NCBI RefSeq assembly: GCF_006345805.1
Contig: NC_043004.1
Coordinates: forward strand, 72,664,001 to 72,728,000
DNA from: Octopus sinensis
Taxonomy: Eukaryota
Direction of reading: 5' to 3'
DNA length: 64,000 bases
Shown: piece after piece, positions 48,018 to 61,300 of the stretch
Layout: each line of letters opens with the position of its first letter
Numbering within the stretch: position 1 is the stretch's first letter
Made by a program: the position numbers and the translations under genes
Notes under the pieces: generated by a model
The model's input: only the letters and a program-made list of their open reading frames with translations
Told to the model about the DNA's origin: nothing
The model's database searches: none

Positions 48018-48709
48018 GAGATGTACTCGCATAGCAAGTAATTTGATCTTGAGATCGTGTGCTGAAACGAAAACAATTGCAGCGTGGAAGGTGTTTATAA
48101 GCCATTTAAGAAACACACAAAAGCCATTCGATTCACTCCAACATTTAAGTTTAATTTGTCAAAATATTTTCGTCGCTAAAGTCCGCGACCTGTTCACTGA
48201 CAAGTCCGTGCTGCATCTAGAAAGTAACAGTTAGTTCGTCATATATATGTACGTATGTATGTGTGTATGTATGCATACATGTGTGTATGTATGTACGTAT
48301 GCATGTACGCACATACGCCTGTGTATGCATGTATGTATGTATGTATGTATGTATGTATATATGTATGTGTGTGTATTATACACACACATACATATATACA
48401 TACATACATACATACATACATACATACATACATACATACATACATACATACATACATACATGCATACACAGGCGTATGTGCGTACATGCATACGTACATA
48501 CATACACACATGTATGCATACATACACACATACATACGTACATATATATGACGAACTAACTGTTACTTTCTTAGATGCAGCACGGACTTTGTCAGTGAAC
48601 AGGTCGCGGACTTTAGCGACGAAAATATTTTGACAAATTAAACTTAAATGTTGGAGTGAATCGAACGCTTTTGTGTGTTTCTTAATGGCTTATAAACACC
48701 TTCCACGCT

Positions 48710-48712
<3 letters not shown>
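48016..48712. mobile_element. Helentron-associated/MITE-like element forming a ~635-bp palindrome (48078-48712, centre at 48377)
   Basis: Unique arms and the internal (GTAT)n/(ATAC)n microsatellite are both mirrored about a 1-nt spacer. Confidence 0.85.
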
Positions 48713-48753
<41 letters not shown>

Positions 48754-48876
48754 TATATATATATATATATTATATATATATATATATAGATATAGATATA
48801 TACATGTGCATATCACCACCCTATCCCAGCGGCTCTATAGCAGTGCCTGGAGCTGTGTGCGGATGTACTGGAAAGA

Positions 48877-49769
48877 CTCTAACTGGTCTTCTATTAACTG
48901 GTCCTCTATGAAACTGGTTCTCTAACTGGTCCTCTATTAAACTGGTTCTCTAACTGGTCTCATATTTAAACTCGTTCTCTAACTGGTCCTCTATGAAACT
49001 GGCTTCTGTTAATTGGTCCTCTATTAAACGGGTCCTATACTAGTCCTCTATAAACTGGTTCTCTAACTGGTCCTCTATTAAAGTGGTTCCCTAACTAGTC
49101 ATCTATGAAACTCGTTCTCTAACTGGTCCTCTATTAAACTGGTTCTCTAACTGGTCCTCTATTAAACTCGTTCTCTAACTGGTCCTCTATGAAACTGGTT
49201 CTCTAACTGGTCCTCTATGAAACTGGTTCTATAACTGGTCCTCTATGAAACTGGTTCTCTAACTGGTCCTCTATTAAACTGGTCCTCTAACTTGTCCTCT
49301 ATTAAACTGGTTCTCTAATTGGTCCTCTATGAAACTGCTTCTGTAATTGGTCCTCTATTAAACTGGTTCTCTAACTGGTCCTCTATTAAACTGGTTCTCT
49401 AACTGGTCCTCTATTAAACTGGTTCTCTAACTGGTCCTCTATGAAACTGGACCTCTAACTGGTCCTCTATGAAACTGGTTCTCTAACTGGTCCTCTATTA
49501 AACTGGTTCTCTAACTGGTCCTCTATTAAACTCGTTCTCTAATTGGTCCTCTATGAAACTGCTTCTGTAATTGGTCTTCTATTAAACTGGTTCCCTAACT
49601 AGTCCTCTATGAAACTGGTTCTCTAACTGGTCCTCTATTAAAGTGGTTCCCTAACTGGTCCTCTATGAAACTGGTTCTCTAACTGGTCCTCTATTAAACT
49701 GGTTCTCCAACTGGTCCTCTATGAAACTGGTTCTCTAACTGGTCCTCTATGAAACTGGTTCTCTAACTG
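48877..49769. repeat. 28-bp minisatellite aactggttctct-aactggtcctct-at(t/g)a, about 32 units
   Basis: Direct reading; built from a duplicated 12-mer. Confidence 0.95.
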
Positions 49770-49998
49770 TCGTATTTACCTTTCATCTTTTCGGGATCGA
49801 TAAATTAAGTACCTGTTACATTCTGGCGTCGATCTAATCGACTGACCCTCGCCCAAAATTTCGGACTTTGTGTCTAGTGTACAAAAGAATACATGCAAAT
49901 AAATTGCACAAGCTACTTCAACATACTAACACACACACACCAATGCACACTTGCGGGCACGCATAGATACACTACACACAAATGAAAAGCAATGAATG

Positions 49999-50029
<31 letters not shown>

Positions 50030-50073
50030 TGTGTGTGCGTGTGTGTGTGTGCCTATGTGTGTGTGAGTGTGTG

Positions 50074-50500
50074 TGACAAGACTCCGTGCTGCATCACTTT
50101 TGTGAAGATTTGTCAGTGAACAGGTCGCGGTTTCAAAGCGACTAAAATATGACACAAATGAAAATTTAACGTTTAAGTGAAACTGTTAATACTTAAATAC
50201 AAATGTCCCTTAGCGGTACTACTTAAATACAGGTGTTACGTACAAAACATTTTAAATGTAGGCTGTGAGGGCGTGTCATGAAACCCTAGCCCTAACGCTA
50301 ACCCTCACCCTAACTATACCCAAAACTAACCCTAACCTTAAAATCTAACCCTAAGAACTAACCCTCCCCTTTAGGGCCTCTGTAATGCCGTGAATCTAAT
50401 GGTTTTTGTGTTTTCTTGAATGGCTTACACACAACTTCCTTGCTGCAATTGTTTTTGCTTCAGCACATGATCTCAGATCAAGTCACTTGCTATGCAAGTA
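50074..50500. mobile_element. Same DNA-element family, with an internal degenerate (CCCTAA)n tract at 50282-50366
   Basis: gtcagtgaacaggtcgcgg and gctgcaattgttttt..cagcac blocks shared with 9320-9619 and 48016-48712. Confidence 0.65.
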
Positions 50501-50502
50501 CA

Positions 50503-50713
50503 TACTCTTACTCTCTTTTACTCTTTTACTTGTTTCAGTCATTTGACTGCGGCCACGCTGGAGCACCGGCTTCAGTCGAGCACATCGACCCCAGAACTTA
50601 TTCTTTGTAAGCCTAGTACTTATTATAACGGTCTCTTTTTCCGAACCGCTAAGTAACGGGGATGTAAACACACCAGCATCGGTTATCAAGCGATGTTGGG
50701 GACGATAAACACA

Positions 50714-50778
<65 letters not shown>

Positions 50779-51116
50779 GACAGGCTTCTTTCAGTTTCCG
50801 TCTACCAAATCCACTCACAAGGCTTTGGTCGGCCCGAGGCTATAGTAGAAGACACTTGCCCAAGATTCCACGAATGGGACTGAACTCGGAACCATGTGGT
50901 TGGTAAGCAAGCTACTTACCCCACATCCACCCCTGCTCCTATATACATATATACGACGGGCTTCTTTCAGTTTCCGTCTACCAAATCAACTCACAAGGCT
51001 TTGGTCGGCCCAGGGCTATAGTAGAAGACAGTTGCCCAAGGTGCCACGCAGTGGGACTAAACCCGGAAGCGTGTGGTTGGTAAGCAAGATACTTACCACA
51101 CAGCCACTCCTGCGCC
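50503..51116 (-). mobile_element. SINE family A with a second head/core copy (50953-51116)
   Basis: Consensus reverse complement. Confidence 0.85.
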
Positions 51117-51119
51117 CCC

Positions 51120-52525
51120 GTATTTCTTTAGCTCCTACAGACAGCTCCTACCTGGTCGAAAACCATGCTGGGTATTACTCAGCAAGTTATTTTCCTCAAG
51201 GAATGCGATTAGTTCTTTCTGACTATCCGTTCCATGACTTTGCTGATGTGTGAAGTCAGAGAGATAGGCCTATAGTTTTTGGCATCTGCTCTACTTCCCC
51301 CTTTATGTATTGGGCATATTATTCCCTCCTTCAGCTTGCTTGGCATTTTGCCATTCGCAAGAAAGCTCTGGAAGAGTATCTTGAGGGTTTTTGCTAGGGC
51401 ATGCTTACACGCTTTGAGGAGGATGGCTGGGAAACCATCTGGACCAGCAGCTGAGTTTGTGTCCATTTCATATGGCTAGTAGGGCATCTTTTTCGCTAAT
51501 GTCAATACATTCTATTGTAACCGCCTCGCTGGTTATAGGTGAGGCGGCAAAAAGTCCACTGGTTCGTTCACTTGTCTGTGTTCCAACGGTGTGGTAAAGA
51601 CACTTTTGAACTGGTCATTCAGCATCTCACTGATCATAGTTGGACTGTCTGTGAGGGAGCCATCCTTTTGGAGGAGGAGTCCTATCTTGTAGTGCACTGA
51701 GACTGTTTCTTTCGCGTAATGAAAGAAGGCCTTTGGCTTTGGCTTTGATTTAATGTTTTTTATAACCCAGGCGTCTTTGTCTGCTTTCTCCCTCACATAG
51801 GATTGTTGCAACCTTTTTTCGATCTCTATCAGTGTTGTTTTTAGGTGGGACGTTTCGCTGCTTTTGGGATGTTGGTTGAGTCGATTTGCAACCTTCGTTC
51901 GTCGTCTCATAGGGATGTTCCTATCTCTTGGAATCTTGCTCCTATTTGTTTTGGCCTTGTGCTCTGGGACATATTTCTGGCATACGGCTTGCACAGAAGA
52001 CATGAAACATTCTAGTTTCATGTCAATGTCTGGTGCGGAGAGACATTCCGGCCAGTCCTCTTTGAGGATCTCTTTTTGGATCGATTTCCAATCTGCTTTG
52101 TGGAAGTTCAGATTGGAGAGATTTCGGGTGCTTCCTTTAGGCTGTATGTCTCTTGTTACTTCCGGCCCAAACATAGACAGCTCTATTATGTTGTGATCCG
52201 AATCTGATGTCGGTGTCACTTTCACATCATGAATGATGTCCATATTGTTCGTGAAGCAGAGATCCAGAATGTTATTCGCCCTAGTTGGCTTGAGTACAAC
52301 TTGCTCCATGAATAAGGCATTGGTGAGGTTGAGCAGGGACTCCACCTGTACTTGCTTGCAATGATTCATTCCTGAGAGTATGTGACCTTCGGGCCATTTG
52401 ACGTTGGGGAAGTTGAAATCACCCATAAGAAATATGGTCACGTGGTGTTCCAGATTCATGAGGATTTCTTTAATTCTTGCGAGGCAATCTTCAAACTTGC
52501 CTATGTGATTTGGGGCATCCGGTGG
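51120..52525 (-). mobile_element. CR1-like LINE fragment (endonuclease C-half to RT N-terminus)
   Basis: [27 protein letters not shown] and NYRPISLTSH motifs. Confidence 0.88.
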
Positions 52526-52527
52526 GC

Positions 52528-52607
<80 letters not shown>

Positions 52608-52621
52608 TATATATATGTATA

Positions 52622-52702
<81 letters not shown>

Positions 52703-52730
52703 CATATGTACACATATATATATGTACATA

Positions 52731-52746
<16 letters not shown>

Positions 52747-52764
<18 letters not shown>

Positions 52765-53871
52765 CCTTGTTTCAGGTCAGAACTGCGGCCATGCTGATGC
52801 ACCGCCGTTTTGTGCTACACTGTTATTGCGAAGAACCTCGTCAAATATGTGGCACTTGGTGAAGAATGGAGTTTGATATAGTTACTCTCATTTGCTCCTC
52901 TTGCCGTGAGGTAGGTTTTTCTGGGGCTCTCGACAGGAAGAGGTCCAGCTTTGATTTAAAACTTGCTACATCTACTTCGTGCAAGTTCCTCAGACTCTTT
53001 GGGAGAATATTAAAAAGCTGTGTGCCCTTGAAACCCAGGCTGTTGCAGTAGCTGGTCCTGAAGCGTGATGGCATTGCTGGGATCTTTGACACTATGCAGT
53101 GTCGTCCCGTTCTAGCATTGGTGTAGCTTACAATGCCAAAATTTGGCACACTTCTTTTCAAGATCTTCTAGACATATATTACTATATATCTCTCCCGTCT
53201 TCTCTCCAGGGAGTAGAGTCTTAGCTGTTTCAACTTTCCCAGTAGCTGAGACGATCCTCTTTGTGAATCTTCTATGGATTGCTTCAAAGTCTGCTGTTAA
53301 TTTTACACTGGTGGGTGACCATAGCTGTGAGCAGTAATCCGGGCGGCTGAGGACGAATGTCCGCCAGAGGACCATCATGGTTTCCTTATCTCTGGTTCTG
53401 AATGTTCTTAGGATCCATCCAGCCATTCGTCTGCACTTTGTCGCCATCCTGGTAATGTGCACTTGGAAAGAGGTATCATCACTCATGTCGATACCCAGGT
53501 CCCTCACAGACTTAGGCTCTGGGATTGAAATTCCCTGTGGACCGGTGTATCCTGTAAGTTTAATATTCAGTTTTGGATGCTGGTAGCGCAGGGCCTGGAA
53601 CTTTTCAGCATTAAACTGCATATTATTATCCTCAGACCATCTGTAGATTGAGTCCAACTCCTGCTGCAGGTGCGTAACATCGCTGGTGTTCTGTATTTTC
53701 TGCGAGACTTTTGTATCGTTTGCATAGCTTGCCAGAGTGGCTATCCGGGCATTTGAGGGCATATCTGAGAGGGCCACTATAAAAATCAGTGGTCCCAAGA
53801 CAGTGCCCTGTGGAACACCGCTCACTAGTTGTGTGTTCATACAGGTGGCTCCACTAACCACTACTGCCTGA
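52747..53871 (-). mobile_element. CR1-like LINE 3' fragment with a poly(A) tail; its 3' end is homologous to the SINE A tail
   Basis: SGVPQGTVLGP, ANDTK and RPDYCSQLW motifs; poly(T) at 52747-52764 on the + strand. Confidence 0.9.
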
Positions 53872-54155
53872 TATATATATATATATTATATATATTATAT
53901 ATATATATATATATAATATATATATATGTATATGTATATATATTGTATATGTATATATATATTATATTATATATATATATATATATATAATATATAATAT
54001 ACATATATATATTGTCAATAATAAAAGGGTAAAATTAATTAATTATTTATTAATAATTTTACCACTAACCACTACTGCCTGAGGCTCCATTAACCACTAC
54101 TGCCTGATATATCTATATATATATGTATATGTATATATATATTATATATATATAT

Positions 54156-54250
<95 letters not shown>

Positions 54251-54537
54251 TGTCATAATAAAAGGGTAAAATTAAATAATTATTTATTAATAATTTTACC
54301 AAGTAGTGTTGAGTATGTAAAAAGACCATTTACGGTATATTTAAAACATTACGATATATAATTAGGGTTCAGTAAAATAATTTACTTTACCACACACTAA
54401 ACTTTTAGAAATAGCAGCCAAAAAATTTGAGCTATTTCCTCTACTATAAGAAAAGTCTCCCAGACAATGTATACTCAAAAATAATTCACGCAGGCATAGA
54501 GGGGAAAATAACGAAAGATCACACGTACATCTATTAC

Positions 54538-54598
54538 TTGAGAACGCTGTTTCTGGATTAGTTGGATATAGAGATCAACATTTCCGTCATCAGCCCAA
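54538..54598 (-). ncRNA. Type I hammerhead motif (CUGAUGA core, C.A mismatch closing stem II, GUU cleavage)
   Basis: rc: ttggg-CTGATGA-c-GGA...TCC-a-GAAA-C-agc-G-TT|ctcaa. Confidence 0.55.
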
Positions 54599-54917
54599 TA
54601 TTTCTTTAGGTTTGAATCTGAGAGCACTAAAAATCGAACATACCCGTCTGATATGTGTAATCCCAGACAAACCATCTTCGACCGCCAGTACTAATGAATT
54701 CAAAAAGTACGAATGAAGTTTTGTATCCTGCCTCGTCCACCCAATGAGTTATAGAGCAACTAGACCCTACAGAGGGATCTATAGTTTATTATCAGGGAGA
54801 GATAATTATATTGTCAATAATTAAAGGGTAAAATTAATTAATTATTAATATATATATATATATATGGAAAAAAAAGTCAAAACAGAAAATGCTAAAATAA
54901 TTTTATGAAAAACTTTT

Positions 54918-54953
54918 CAGTGCCGATTTCAGTCATTGAGACTTTTTCAACTG
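54918..54953 (-). ncRNA. Hammerhead relic (UUGAAAA core, AGUC/GACU stem II), probably inactive
   Basis: rc: cag-TTGAAAA-AGTC-tcaat-GACT-GAAA-TCGGC-A|ctg. Confidence 0.35.
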
Positions 54954-55096
54954 TAACAAATAAACGATTAAATTCAGAAAAATTAAAAGAAAAGTTTTTT
55001 AAAAGAATATTTGTATAGTGTTCAAACACAAGTGGCATTTTCCTTGTTTCTGCCTGTCTCTGACTCTCTTGATTATTCTTGTGGGTTCGAGGTCGT

Positions 55097-55145
<49 letters not shown>

Positions 55146-56768
55146 CAGTTGCGGCCAAAATGTTCAGAACGGCATTGTTTTCGTCAGAAAAGTAGGTATA
55201 AGTTTTTATAAAAGTTGTTTTATATTCAATAATTTTCACAGACGATAAATACGATATCATTTGTTATTGTCTGAGATTTTGGTGTAATTTGAGAGGATAA
55301 TACAAAAGTTATGGATGATTTAGTGATTTACTGCAAAACCCATAGCGGCCAAAATGATCAGAACGGTTGCTTTCACTCCGTGTTTTAGTATATTTAACCG
55401 GCGAACTCTAATATTTTGAATTTGTTTACGTGACGGTTCGTTTACGAAACATTAGTAAGAATATCTGCAGTGTACTTTGTAAATATAATGCCACATACTC
55501 CATTACAAATTCGTCAGCAGATTATTAAGCTTTGAAAGAAGGATAATTTAAGTATTGGGTCTATTGCAAAGACTGTTAACAAGTCAAAAATTGTTGTTCT
55601 CGGCATTCTTAAGGTCTACGATGATTGTGGTTCGTGTGTGGTTTGTGTGAAGCAAGAAAGTCTACAGGTAGGCCAAGAAAAACGACCAAGAGGGAAGATC
55701 GTGCTATGGTAAAGTTGGTTAAAAAGGACAGATTTAAAACTGCTGCTGCTGTTTCTCGGGAAATGAGCATTGTACTGAAGAAAACTTTATCTCGAAAAAC
55801 TGTGTCTCATCGTTTAGTTGAACATGACCTACAAGCAAGAGCACCCGTAGTGAAGCCACTGATCAGCTCCAAGAATAAAAAGTGTCCTCTTACCTTTGCA
55901 ACCGAACATGTATTGTGGTCTCAAGAAAAATGGCAAACAGTGCATTTCAGTGATGAATCTAAGTTTATGTTATTTTGCTCAGATGGGAAAAGGTACGTTC
56001 GTCGAAAAGTAGATGAAAAATTGTCGCTTAAATGCTTTAAGACTAGTGTTAAATTCGGTGGAGGAAGTGTCATGGTTTGGGGGATGATATCTGGAGATGG
56101 TGTGGGCACTGTGGGGCGATTACATGGAAAGGTAAATGCAGGAGTTTATAAACAACTTGTAAAAGATCATGTCTTGCCTGTGCTGAGAAATTCAACTAAG
56201 CGACCACCCATATTCATGCAGGACAATGCCCCATGTCACAAGGCTAAGGTGGTCCTGAACTTCCTCAAGGCTGAAAAGGTTATTGTTATGGATTGGCTTG
56301 ATCAAAACCCAGATCTTAATCCAATTGAAAATGTGTGGAATATTCTAGGAGAACGTTCGAAAGCCAGAAATTCTAAAACAACCGAGCAATTACGGAATGC
56401 CCTTCGGGAAGAATGGAATAAGATCACCGACCAAGAAATTGAAAATTTAATTTTTTCATGCAGTCGAAGATGTCAAAGGGTGATTGAAGCTAAAGGGCTT
56501 CCCACTAAATATTAAATAATTCCAGTATTCTCTGTCATTTTTATTATTTTGTTATTTTTTCAACCGTTCTGATTATTTTGGGCGCCATGGGTTTTGCAGT
56601 AAATCACTAAATCATCCATAACTTTTGTATTATCCTCTCAAATTACACCAAAATCTCAATTGTATTTAGTGTCTGTGAAAATTATAGAATATAAAACAAC
56701 TTTGATAAAAACTTATACCTACTTTTCTGACGAAAACAATGCCGTTCTGAACATTTTGGCCGCAACTG
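55146..56768 (+). mobile_element. Tc1-family DNA transposon, IR/DR-type long TIRs, TA TSD
   Basis: TA|cagttgcggccaaaatgttcagaacgg...ccgttctgaacattttggccgcaactg|TA; inner DRs at ~55343-55370 and ~56561-56592. Confidence 0.95.
55488..56515 (+). pseudogene. Tc1 transposase (DD34E), premature stop and frameshift in the N-terminal DNA-binding region
   Basis: GRPRKT, FSDESK, QDNAPCH and PDLNPIENVW motifs; 34 residues between the second D and E. Confidence 0.93.
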
Positions 56769-57231
56769 TATATGTGGAAATTTATTTAGTAATTATGAAA
56801 CAGTCATAACAATATTTGCAGAAGTTTATAAAGTCACTGGTTGATAGTATCAATCGAAATAGTAGCATGGAAGATGAGATCAAATCAAAACTGAATACAA
56901 AAGGATTTATTGTGCAAATCTAATCCTCTTTACAGGATCAATTTGTTGTTTATATAAGGTGTCACCACCCAGCTAGAAAATGATCCACTGATTTATAGCT
57001 CATGATGTACAGTGTCTCCACCTAGCTGGTCAACAGACTGCACATTCCAGCAATCAAACAGTTAGAAGCAGAGTAATGAAGCTAACCAAAAAACGCAACA
57101 CGATGATTGTTGCTAGGTTTATTTGTGTCACGAAGAACATTCAGCTCTAAATAATACTTTCAATAAACTAATTTTCCGATGTTTAAGTTTTCTTATTCAA
57201 GATTTTAGAACCATCAACTTCTGTATATTGT

Positions 57232-57429
57232 TTACTCTTTTACTCTTTTACTTGTTTCAGTCATTTGACTGCGGCCATGCTGGAACACCGCCTTTAATCG
57301 AGCAACTAGACTTATTCTTTTGTAAGACCAGTACTTATTCTATCGGTTTCTTTTGCCGAACCGCCCAGTAACGTGGACATAAACACAGCAGCAATGCTAG
57401 GGGGACAACAGAGACACACAAACACCACA

Positions 57430-57507
<78 letters not shown>

Positions 57508-57653
57508 TACGGACGGGCTTCTTTCAGTTTTTCTGTCTACCAAATCCACTCACAGGGCTTTGGTCGGTCTGAGGATATAGTAGAAGACACTTGCCCAAGG
57601 TGGCACGTAGTGGGACTGAACCCGGAACCATGTGGTTGGTTAGCAAGCTACTT
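57232..57653 (-). mobile_element. SINE family A, split by a LINE insertion; the remainder of the head is at 62836-62873
   Basis: 16-bp TSD ggttagcaagctactt at 57638-57653 and 62836-62851. Confidence 0.92.
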
Positions 57654-57884
57654 TATTTCATATAATTTGCCATTTAGGCATTTACAAAGAGGGGACAAAC
57701 AAGGACAGACAAATATAAAGGGTGAAGTAGCGTAACACAGTTAAAATTTTCGAATGAAATTACGGATAAGATTATAAACAATGAGTTTTACGAAGACAAT
57801 GTTTAAAAATATTATTAATGATCATGTCGAAGGACGGACACCCAGCCATCCGGGTAGAACCTTTACTTTCTGATCCGGTCACAC

Positions 57885-60800
57885 TTACCTGGTGCCAAAC
57901 ATACCCAACTTGCATGCCACAGCTTCCATCTTTTCACAAAACATATCTCGTGACAGACACCTCTTCTCCAGACTGATTTTGCTACTGAGGTGGTAACTAA
58001 AAAAGTTAATCAACCCCTGGCCGGAGACAAAGGTGCCTGTCACTATACCTTTCGTACGCGTCTTCCATACTGTTTCTTCTTTCAGTATGTCTACTACACA
58101 GAAAAACAAGCCTTTCTTTCCCTGTTAAGGAAAGGGGCGGCACAATCTCGATGATAGACTCAGCTGAGAGCTGTACTCTTCCCATCACTGACAACAGTTT
58201 GTTCAGCAAAAGCTATCAGTCCCAATAACTCCGGACACTCCACGAATGCGTGCAAGACGGTCTCCCTATCCTGCTCACATCGCGGGCATGTCGGCGAGAC
58301 GGCACTACCGTGCCTTGACAGCTTGTCGCGAACAGGTAAAGCCGCACGGAAACACTGCCAGGCCAGGGATTTCTGGTAATTATCCAGATACCTCGGCCCG
58401 AACGTCCTCCGGAACAGGTTGACCAACTGATTTTCATCGTAGCCCAGCGTCTCCCTCAAGGCGTCTTCGGACTTAACCTCCACTAACCCGCTATAGAAAT
58501 CCGTGGTGGAATTCCTGTTGCCGGCGTTGCCCACCCGAGAGAGTAGCTGGAGCGCCTGACGGCACTCCAAATGCCATTCACTCAGTTTAGGTCTCCGCTT
58601 GATCCATGCACCGATGTCCGTTAGGGATGTTAACTGGGAAAGTAGAACCGGACGTGCGGTGACCACACCTGCTCTCCATCCAGGTAAGCCAGAGGTGCCT
58701 CAACCTTAACGCGAGTTTTCGCATCCTCAGCCAAGGCATCCCTAGCCCACCCTTTAGCGTTTCTGGCAGCAGACAGAGCGCTTTACAAGTGGCTTTCCTC
58801 CTTTCCACAAAAATCGGAAAAGGATTCTCTCCCAACTTGTTCAGCCACAAATCGGGGCAAGGCACCACGGTCAGACGGTAGGTGATTACTGATGCTATAA
58901 ACATCTGCACCACTTCCGCCTTCCTAGCAGGGATAACGCCCGCCCAGACCAGGTTTGGGTTAGAGCGGTCACCATGTTGGCCACCTCACTCCAATTTTTC
59001 TCAATCTGGAGGTCTGGCCCGAACCAGACTCCGAGCAGCTTAACAGGACCTTCCGTCCAACGCCCTACTACGACGTTATTGGACGGCATCGGCTTGCCCC
59101 TCCAGGTGCCGAGTTGCAACGACCGACTTGTCCTTGTTAACCTTTGCTCCTGCCACCGCCTCGTAGCTTTTGATGGCCTCTTCCCCACCACTGGAAGCTG
59201 GCCTTCGTCTGCCACGATGATGGAGGTGTCATCCGCATACGCCGTAGCTCCCTCCTTCCACACCATAGATCATGCGGCGCGCCCCCTAGTGCCTCCAACT
59301 TCCGCAGCAAAGGCTCAAGAGCCAATACGTATAGGAGCGAGGACAGGGGACACCCTTGACGAACTGAACGCTCGATCCTGAACGGCTTCGAAAAGAAACC
59401 GTTCACCTTGACTACAGACTCGATGTCGCTATACAAAGCAGCGATCCAACCTCGAAAGGTCGGGCCTAGGCCAGCCTCTCCGAGGACCGCCGCCAAGTAC
59501 CGATGGTCGACCCTATCAAATGCTTTGGACTGGTCTAAATGTACCAGTGCTCCCCCTGCGACAGAAAGCTTCCCCACCCTCTCTAAGGAGTAGCGTATAA
59601 GGTGGAGATTGTCGTAGATTGTTCTGCCAGGGATAGCGCACGTTTGCGTTTCCCCGACAAGTTTGTCCACGACCCGCGCCAACCTTTTTGCTAGCACCTT
59701 GGCCAGAATCTTTAACTCTGTGTTCAACAGAGTTATGGGCCTGAAGTTCCCTATCTCGTCCCCCTTGTTCGGGTCCTTCCTGATCAACGTCACCGCCCCC
59801 CGGCTCGCAGACTTGGGAATTCTCCCATTCTGCTGCCAGTTGGCGTAGACGCTAGCCAGCAGGTGCCCGAACAAGTCTGGCATACTTTTATAAAATTCAT
59901 AGGGCAGACCATCGAGACCCGGTGACTTCTCCCCGGGGCACTTGCCCAACACCTCGATTACTTCCTCGGCTGTGATTGGCCCTTCACAGCACTCAGCCTC
60001 TCGTGTCGAGAGGCGCGGGCCACCAGACAGGAAGTCCCTAAGGGCCTCACTATGATCCAGCGTCCCGCACCTCCCGAACAACTCGGCAAAGTGCTTGTGA
60101 AGTGCCTCACACATCTCGTCCCGCTTCTTGATCGTGCATCCGTTTTCATCAACAAGAGGCCCAATTGTGGCATCGTTGCTATGCTGTGTTTCTATCGTAC
60201 GGGCCCATCCGGCAACATTAATTCCCTCACGGCCCAATGCTCGTACTTTAGCCCGAACTCTACATCCCTCATGTTTGGTTTTGAGGTGACGGTCTAATGC
60301 CGTTCTCGCCGCTAAAATGTGAGATGCAGAGCCCAACCTCAACGCCTCCTCTAAGTTCTTAACTAGTTGCCCTTCTATTCTAGCCCTATCTAGTCTTAGT
60401 TGTTACTAAATCTAATGGACTCGAATCGAATGGCTCTTTTGAGGGCGAACCACCACCGGTTATTAACCACGGCTCCGGTTAACGCCCTCTGCACTAACAC
60501 CTTAATCCGGCTACGGTATGCCTCGCGAGTCAAAATAGACTTGTTCAGCTTCCAGTAGCCGGTTCCTATCTTAAGTGTGCTATCTATGTCCAGTCTACAC
60601 GTGACCATTCTATGGTCAGTATAGGGCACCTGGACGAGCTGTGGACGAGCTGTGGACAACTAAAACTAGACTTATCTCTAGTTCTTATCACTATCCTGTC
60701 TAGATAAGACTTGAACCTTCCGTTGCCACTCATCCAGGTCCACTCTGGGACGTTCGGATGGTCAAGTCTGTAACGATCTGCCAGCTGAAACCGCTTAAGC

Positions 60801-61300
60801 AGATCCACGAGACGTGAGTTCACTTTCCTATAGATCGAGCCAACGCTATCGATGTGTACGTCAACGATAGCATTAAAGTCCCCTAATATCACTAAAGTCT
60901 TCGACGTCACGAGAAAGCCCTCTAGGCGCCGATAAAAATCAGTTTGGAAACCTCTAGCACAAGGTGCATAGAGTCCGATCAACCTGAAGGCCTTACTGCT
61001 GTATGTCACATCAAGGACGACCAGCCCACCTTCTGGGTCTACATAGACTGTACTTGTCTGCAGAGCCAAGTCTTTACGGATCAGTACCACTACACCCCCT
61101 CGCCCTCCGGTCTGGCCAGGTGACATGATTTTCTCGCAGCCATTCAGGAAAGGCGAGAAGGTTTGTAGGCTGTCCAGCTTGGTCTCTGTAGCAACCATCA
61201 CATGTATATCATGTGATCTGAGGTCGTCGAGGAAACAAGCCTGCTTCCACTTCGAACTCAGACCACGCACATTTAAACAACCAAGGTTAAGAGAAGCCAT
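57885..61300 (-). pseudogene. LINE ORF2 (APE, RT, zinc-binding domain), multiple frameshifts
   Basis: GCLNVRGL, LGDFN, YLDR, RPITLLN, DQSKAFDRVDH, VRQGCPLS, AYADD, CPRCEQDRETVLHAFVEC. Confidence 0.92.

Noticed and set aside
50282-50366. Interstitial telomere or chromosome-fusion scar
   Set aside because: Short, degenerate (CCCTAA)-like tract internal to a dispersed DNA-element family.
55625-56515. Active or domesticated transposase
   Set aside because: The true start (55488) is followed by an in-frame stop and a frameshift, so the paired-like DNA-binding domain is broken.
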